Shown in pieces: positions 55,905-64,000 of a DNA stretch of 64,000 nt. Made by a program: the position numbers and the translations under genes. Each line of letters opens with the position of its first letter. Within the stretch, counting starts at the first letter, position 1. The notes below the pieces were generated by a model. It saw only the letters and a program-made list of their open reading frames with translations, had not been told where the DNA came from and did not search any database. The DNA comes from Octopus vulgaris (taxonomy: Eukaryota), in the NCBI GenBank assembly GCA_951406725.2, contig OX597820.1:77252001-77316000 (forward strand), read 5' to 3'.

Positions 55905-56514
55905 ATATATATATATATATATATATATACACGCGTATGTTGGGGGCACCTTATCATAAGATTGTTACCAATTACATAATCCTTTATATTTTGATAATCG
56001 AAGTCAGCTTGTAATGGAATATTCATTAAAACGCTTTCACAAGTATTTTCTCTCAAATATTCGCCGTATCTATGTGCAGCTATCACTGATTATGTATTTA
56101 TGAATATATGTTACGATAACATGAAAAAACACACGTTGTGCAATTGTGAGACGATTTTCAATTGCCTTTAGTGTTGCATGCACTTTAGAATGGCGAGTGA
56201 TTTGTAAAAGAAAATAAAACAGTCAAATCAGTGATAAAGCTGTTGATTTGTTTACAAAATTTACACCAATTTATTTGACATAATTATAATTAAAAGGCGA
56301 ATTCATATAGCTTATAATACGTAATAATGACACGTATTATATCTTCCGAAAAGTGACCGATTAATAAACGCTGTGAAATTATGTATCAAGAAATACAGAA
56401 AAGGAAACAAAATTAGCAATGTTTATCAAATTAATTTTAACTAAATGGTTTCAGATTGTAGCCTGGTACTTGCTTTTAATTGTTGTGGATTGAAACAATA
56501 TATCTGCAATACTA

Positions 56515-56720
56515 AGGCAGCATGCTGGTAGAAACGTTACCACGACGGGCGAAATGCTTAACAGTATTTCGTCTGTCTTTATGTTCTGAGTTCAAATTCC
56601 GCCGAGGTCGGCTTTGCCTTTCATCTTTTCGAGGTCGAAAATTAAGTACCAATTGCGTACTGGGGTCTATCTAATCGACTGGCTCCCTCCCCAAAATTTT
56701 GAGCCTTGTGCTTAGATTTA
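56515..56720 (+). mobile_element. SINE family A
   Basis: Head and core motifs; flanked by TATATCTGCAATACTA near 56500 and 56728 (TSD-like). Confidence 0.85.
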
Positions 56721-56873
56721 AGGAGACTATATCTGCAATACTAGGAAGCTACACATTGATATGAGGTATATCTGCAATTATATTAAGAACGTGTTCATAT
56801 TTTTGGAAGCTTTTCTCGTAGAAAAAACTAAATACCCTACCTCTTAAAACTTTACCAAACAAAGGAGACAAAG

Positions 56874-57008
56874 TAAATATAATACCATTAAATATAATAC
56901 CACTAAATATAATACCATTAAATATAATACCACTAAATATAATACCATTAAATATAGTACCACTAAATATAATACCATTAAATATACCATTAAATATAAT
57001 ACCATTAA
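56874..57008. repeat. 15-bp minisatellite, about 9 units
   Basis: TAAATATAATACCA(T/C) tandem. Confidence 0.93.
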
Positions 57009-60000
57009 AGATGCTACTGCAGTTGTTCACGTTACAGTGTCAGATTTCCTTCTACTTATTTCGAGTGCACCTCTAGTTTTCCATCTCCTTTTTAGCTATG
57101 CAACATTTATGGTTGTATGTTGGTAGAGACATAATCTACGGGTATAATAGGAAAACTGAATCTGGTGAAGTAGGTGGCATACTCACTCTACAAAATCAAG
57201 CTGAAATTCTTATTGAAAATTATGGGTTTCTTACGTAATTGTCATAAACATAAAGCACCCCCTCCACAGAGAAGAAAAGAAAGCAATTGGCTGTCTCATA
57301 TATATTATTAGATTGAATCTACGTCAACCATTTAGATGAATGATCTCTAGTTAGCTTATGGTCAACAGAATATGCCATAATATACGAAACATGTAAAATT
57401 GTACAAAATGTCATAAATAATCAACAGTTTAAGTCACAAGTTATTGTACATACAGCAGAATCAGATTGGAAGCATATATGTAATTTACTTTGAAACATAT
57501 GCTGGGAAGCCTCTGATAGCATTTCATAGCAATATACATGAAGATGTTTTGTATCAAAATGCTTCACTTATGTAAATCAAAGTAGAGATTATACTCTTAA
57601 TATTATATGATTATATACTGGTGCATACTGTAGTAGTCCTGGAATTTCCTCATTGAGAAAAAATCGGTGTAGAGTGGATTACTTAGTTTCGTAGTTTCAG
57701 AATCGGTACTTTAAGGACTTGCTTAGTATTTGAATAAATTTCGCTAGGTTTGCAGAATAGAAAATGGTCTTGTTATAGATTATATAATTATACGGAATTT
57801 GTGGATCTGTAAATTGAGTATTTTTTTTAAAACCCAATTTTCATATTTTAATCTTTGACACCGGACTGAGAAAAAAGTCTGGATGATACGATTAATATCA
57901 TCCAAGAATTTGAAATCCAACTAACGTGATTGTAGTCAGATGTGTAGAGTATGCTTGTATAGACATTTTCACTTAGAGCGAAGCACAGAGAAATATTTCT
58001 CAAGCATCAAAATAAATACACGAGAGATAACCAAACTGATGAGAAATCGTTGAGCTTAAAAGCAATTACCCACTACAGGTGAATCATCAACAGAACAAAC
58101 TTCTCTGTAATTTACAAAGTTCGAATCATTTGAAGAAACTATAAAATTCCGTAATTGCTCCACAAGTGCAAATTTAAATATCCACAATTCGAAAATGTTC
58201 CAGTTGATTTATTTAGATATCGTTGAAATGCCAGCTATTGATTGGCAATGTTTTCTAAGTTGGCGGTTTGATAAAGATATTAGAAACCGAATTAGATATC
58301 ATTGAATGAGATCTGTCGATATCGGGAATAGTGTACAGAAGCGCCGAGTTCAATGTTCTGAAACACTGAGAGTCATTCCGAAAACTTTTTCCAGAATAAA
58401 GCCATAACATTAATGGTATCTTATATTAATATATAGTGACATGTGAGATTCTTTTCATTAAGGAATTTAGTCAAATCTAATTATAGGGGTAGCATTTCAT
58501 ACTTAAATAAGAACTGCATCTGTAGAGCTCTAAATAACCGATACTATTCCTGCTAAAATGTCGATGGTAAAGCAATAATTGACTTATCAACACCAACATT
58601 TTATTTTCTTTTGACTTTCACCTATCTTCGTATTATATTGTAAGTAATATAAATCATCTTCTATTGTATTGATTACAATTATTGATATTCATTATTGTCT
58701 GTTGCTTGCAAAATAGAAAGTTAATGAAGAAGTATTAATTTCTGTTATATTTTGAAATATATATATATATAAATTAGTTATTGTACTAACGAACTTCATG
58801 AGATGCTTAATGTATATAAAAGTCTCTGTTTTATGCATAACTTAATGATAAAACAAAAACCTATATAACCCATAAATCAACAGCAATTTTCATTTTTCAT
58901 GTAAATGATACATTAAATCAGGGCAAAGTTATATATATTATCGATGCTATAATTTTGAGCTTAGAGTAAAGCTGCCATAGTAATTTTAGATAACAAACGT
59001 TTTCCTACAGTAGCTAGGAAGTAATCTGGAAACTTATGTGGCATTAACATTTGTTGAAGGAGAGTTATATTATCATTTCGGTTGGCGAATGTGGTATCTC
59101 GGCTGAGTTAATGATACAACTCCTATTCTTTCTTTAGCTCTTTCTTTTCGCTTCCAGCATAAATACTTTACTCTTAACTGCTTTTATCAGACACTAATTG
59201 TTGAAATTATTCCTTTCAACAAGACGAGATCTCGCAGTACAGTAGTGCAAATCCTTTGTTTTAAAATCCCAACCTTCATATTTGCTTCCATTATACTATA
59301 TTCTATGTCTTGCCTCTCTTAAAAGTACGAATAGAGCAAAGCAGAAAACGATAGAATGGCATATGAATAACGTAATGTAGTTTCTAAAGCAGGGTACTCA
59401 CACATGTGATCTTGTAACAATTGAATCTTACCGATCTCAGAACAAAATTTTTTGTGTAGTGATGGCTCCGTTGCGTAACTACGCCACATGTTCGAATTTT
59501 CTCGTGTTGCAGGCGCTCATGACGCATATTGTGGATCCATTCATACACCACGATTTATGTTGGTCACCAATAAACTATTACATAAGGAGCAAGTTTTCCC
59601 TATAAAGAAAACGTCAGCGATGATGTAGTTTATATTTATTAAGTGAATCCTCCAAAAACATAACAATTTGTTTAAGTAAATTCTTTGTGAGAAGACATGT
59701 TACTCTGATTGAAAGCTACAATAATATGAAAGAAAAGATTGCTTAAAAAATATAAATTGTATTAAAGCAAAATCGAAGATTTAAGATTTGAACTTAATTC
59801 TTATACAACAATAAGGTTTAAATGGGTAAAAACATTATTTGAAATGTGCCTATTATTTCAAGAATTATAGCCAATTTCAGAACAGTAATGTCACTTTTGT
59901 CACTTTTAGATTATAAACGCACGCAGTATCTTAAAATCATTCACACATTCTTAGCAGCTGAATATAATGACCATTGTCAAGCAATATTATCGCCTTTGTA

Positions 60001-60435
60001 TTAATTTTACTTTATTTGAAATACTTGTAATAAATTTAACCAGTAATTTCTAAAGCTGTCTCATTAGAATAATTCAAATCTTGTGGAGACTCTAAACAGG
60101 CTTCATTAAGAATACTTTCAAACACGACAATCCCTTATCCAATAAAATAATTCACAAGAAAAATATTGGAAATAATGTAAACTTTATTGATCGCACATAA
60201 ACAATGCATGCTTTTTGATTATTCCTCGAGTGTGCTGCGGGATAGCGCCTAAGGAAACACCCTGGTAACGCTGGTTGTGAGAAATAATATACTGCTGTTA
60301 GAAAAACAACGATGGCGCGCTTGAAATTTAGGACCAACACTATAATTACCGGTGGGGAGCTAAATTTATTAGACTCATCATAACTATTCATCTCGCATCA
60401 CACGCAAACATATTCAGACGTGTAAAGACGTGTTA

Positions 60436-60710
60436 AGGCGCCGAGCTGGCAGAAACGTTAGCACGCCGGGCGAAATACTTAGCGGTATTTCCTGTGCCGC
60501 TACGTTCTGAGTTCAAATTCCGCCGGGGTCGACTTTACCTTTCATCCTTTCGGAGTCGATTAAATAAGTAATTAGTTACTGGGGTCGATATAATAGACTT
60601 AATCCGTTTGTCTGTCCTTTTTTGTCCTCTCTGTGTTTAGCCCCTTGTGGGTAGTAAAGAAATACGTATTTCGTCTGCCGCTATGTCCTGAGTTCGAATT
60701 CCGCCGAGGA
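60436..60710 (+). mobile_element. SINE family A with the start of a second core unit
   Basis: Near-consensus copy followed by GTATTTCGTCTGCCGCTA..GAGTTCGAATTCCGCCGAGG. Confidence 0.9.
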
Positions 60711-62299
60711 CAATTTTCACTATTTTTCACTTTCACTTTCACTATTTTTCCGATGACAGAGGGCTGCTCCAGTATGTCTGGTCTAGAGCCAGCACACAAA
60801 TATCTTTTAGGATATTATCTCTACCATCTATGTTAACAAAACAGTCTTACAAATATATGTTATATTTCCTCAATTCCGGATACAAGTGTTATTCCCTGCG
60901 TATTGAATGCAGGGAAACAGTTTTATCTATAAAACATTGTTCCGGTTGTGGTTAATTGAATTTGTTATCGTTTCTCTGATCATTGGAACTTTTGATTGTG
61001 ACAGTAGAAGATTTTAAATTTGTGCTTTACGAATTACTTCCTTTTATTCCATATTGTTTTGTGTAATTCTAAATTGGTATGCAATACATAAAACACAAGA
61101 GAAATGTGTTTCAATCAGCAAGAACTAGGAAGTAGAAAATTTTTGGTTTCCTTTTGTACTTCGATTCGAACCCCTGGAGAAATGATGACATACCATCCAG
61201 CTATCTTGAGTGGCTACCGCAGCGAGTGTCGCTGGTCATTCTCCGTGGCCACGCCATCCGGGTCCACACCGAGAGGTGCGAGTGAGCGTTCGTCTTGTTC
61301 TGAGATATGTGGCCGATCATTCCATCCACTCCGCCTTTCGCTGCTTTGCTCCTCCCTCCAAACTTTACTCCTCGATTTCTTTTGTTATTCGTCATCTTTT
61401 TAGTAACATTTCCCACTGAAAGTTCTTTAGAATGGCAGGCAATTCTTATAGAGTATATTAATAAAATCAAGTTATGGTAGTTTAGAACAAATATCGATTA
61501 TACAACACGGAGCTAACAATGTGCAAAACATAAGCATCTCCGTTCTACACCAGCAAAATTGTGGATTGTCAGAGAATGAAAGACTGAAACGAAAATGGAT
61601 ACCCATCAACTGAAATGAAATACTTGTTTAGATAATATGTATCTCGAAATCAAATTAGCAATTTACAAGTCACAAACAGTCATAGTAGTAGACTCAATGA
61701 CACGATTTGTATAAGATTTGGCAGATAGATTTGTACATTTAAAAAGGTTTGGTGTATAGATTATTTCGTAGCGAGATATTGTGTATTCTTGCTTTGATTT
61801 GAAGATTGTTATGAGTGAGTGATGTAGAAACTAGAATTGAGGAACTCTACTGTGTAGGCTGACAGATTTCTTAATACCGACTACAGTGTGGCTTGTACAG
61901 CTTGGATTAAGTTGGTACAAGTTGAACGATATTAGCATTAATACACTGCAAATATGAGTTTAAGTTTCGGTGTTAGCAAAACCATTCCGAGAAGAGATTA
62001 TAATTTCTATAATTATATTGAGGAGCTAGGATAAACTTCGCAAAGTATTTGTTGAGATAGTTCAAAGTATATCGAAGATATGTACATTTGAAACCTGTAT
62101 ACCGAGGATTTGTACAATTGAATCCTGAATTGCTAATGTTTTATCGCCTCAGAGTTCGTTAGACTGTTGGGGTTTCATTTCTAATCTCTATATTTGTAGG
62201 AGTATTTCAAAGTATACATTACATCCCACATTTGGGTTTAAATCTAGCATGCGCAGTTTGTTATGACAATCACATGTAATTGAGTTATAAGAGTAGGGT

Positions 62300-62560
62300 T
62301 TAAGCCTTTCTTACCCCGTCTGGCGAAACTGCACCAAAAGACGCATCACCTCCAAAGAACAGACCAGGATTGCTGGAGCACAGAGAAATCAGGAACTGCG
62401 ACACTCCAGAGTTAATTCCTTCTCTCCTGTCGCAATAATTACAGTGCCCAACCTGCTGCAGAGCCTTCCGAGCACTTATCGGGATGTCAAACCACAGCGA
62501 GAAACACTGTCTTTTTCTCTCATGTGATGACCTTGTCATCACAGACAACGGTCGAACTAC
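62300..62560 (+). mobile_element. RTE-clade LINE 3' end with C-terminal C2H2-like finger
   Basis: WRNCTK..EQTRIAGAQRNQELR then QCPTCCRAFRALIGMSNHSEKH, resembling the CPxCxRxFRARIGLxxH motif of some RTE elements. Confidence 0.75.
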
Positions 62561-64000
62561 TGATATCAGTATAAGTAAACGTTGTTGCTTTACCTATCTG
62601 AAATATCGATGAGGAAACGTCCTTGTTTGTTAAACCTGTGGCCTTCCATAATATCTGCGCATATTCCACTTAAATGGAATGAAATGAATATAATAACAGC
62701 TCACACAACATGAGATATGTGCTTTTCTAGTAGTTTACGTTATGTTTTTTTTCCCGAAGGAGTCAAAATATGCTCGCTGATTATATAATCTACTCGAGTT
62801 TAACGAATCTTATCCAAAGCAATATGTTGATAAGTGAATCTGCACGCATTGCCCATTCAGCGGAGAAAGACTATTGACAACAACATGTTACACAATGTTT
62901 ATTGCAGTGAGAATCATAATTGATAAAACTTTCTTGAAATTCCTCCGTGAATTAGATTGCATTGCACTGGTTATTTGATAAAGCATATGTTCCTTTCTTA
63001 CATACAGCTATAAAGATTTTCAGGTGAAGATCATAAACAATCAGGTCTACCATTGACGCGAGTATAATTTATGGCACGTTGCGTGTACTCGTGTGTGTTT
63101 GTGTGTGTGTGTGAATGAGTATGAGAGTGCGTCTGTGTATGTGTTTGTGTGTGCGTGTGTGTATGTGTGCGTGTCTATGTGTGTTTGTGTGTGCATGTCA
63201 TGTGAATTACATACTAACATAATGGAAAATTAGCAATTCCTTCTCGTGTTGGTAGGTACTGCGTCATTTCTAACACTATAACTCAGATGAAAATAGCCTT
63301 TCACCAGTAGTGTTTTGATATACGACATCTGACAAACAAAATCTAGGGTAAATAAATGTAAGCACATACACTTACATAGTAGAAGCCTTGGCAATATATC
63401 AGAACGCCTTCTCATACATGCCCAAAAGAGATAATTGTTCCGATAAATCACAAGGGTTATTTCTCCACGTCATGTCACAATGCTGTCGCATGGACGAGAG
63501 GCATTTTTATGTATGTTTATATTTATACATCTACCAACTACCCTACCTGTACTCTTTTCCATTATGCCTTTTCCTTATTTTGTCGTTGGTTATCGTTTGT
63601 TTATATGTTAGTCATCGTAAAATATGGTCCCTTTCTTATCTCGGCAGTTCTTTTACTAATGACGCTACCCAAATAAACATTCCTATCGATAATTATAAAA
63701 TAGGAAGTATCAACGTTAGAAATCTTTTGGAAACTACTCCAATTAAAGGACGAATCCACATTTAGCCCTTTTAAATTTATCTTTTTTCTTTTTTTTTTCT
63801 CTGTAGTTTCAGTTTGAGCTGCGGTCATACTGATGCATCGCCGTTTTGCTACACTGTTATTACTCAGAGCCTCCTCCAATATGTAGCACTTGGTGAAGAA
63901 TGGAGTTTGCTGTAGCTACCATCATTGGCTCTTCTTTCCGTGTGGTAGGTTCATCTGGGACCCTCGACTGGAAGCGGTCCAGCCTTGATTGAAAAACGCC

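Noticed and set aside
56749-57030. ORF with GIIFN repeats
   Set aside because: Translation of a 15-bp minisatellite.
61190-61385. GC-richer island, possible exon or LINE 3' fragment
   Set aside because: No recognisable peptide motif or convincing splice pair; cannot be called.

Overview
AT-rich, microsatellite-saturated eukaryotic non-coding DNA. The SINE families and (TA)n/(CA)n density suggest an octopus/coleoid genome; this is an inference from repeat content. I found no credible host exon, and most supplied ORFs are microsatellite translations. Recognisable content: three abundant tRNA-derived SINE families, a U6 snRNA pseudogene, a full-length but dead mariner, other Tc1/mariner relics, RTE and Penelope (GIY-YIG) fragments, and a Gypsy-like LTR with a tRNA-Leu PBS and shrunken gag. 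Main observation: about a dozen short elements in or next to (TA)n tracts, often as inverted or tandem repeats, carry minimal type I hammerhead ribozyme (HHR) folds with palindromic helix III. They come from several unrelated families, and the core 3-8 pair covaries among them (C-G, U-A, G-C). One structurally intact U3-A8 HHR sits in a 362-bp terminally repeated unit resembling a Penelope pLTR or non-LTR retrozyme. All folds were worked out by eye and none is tested for activity.
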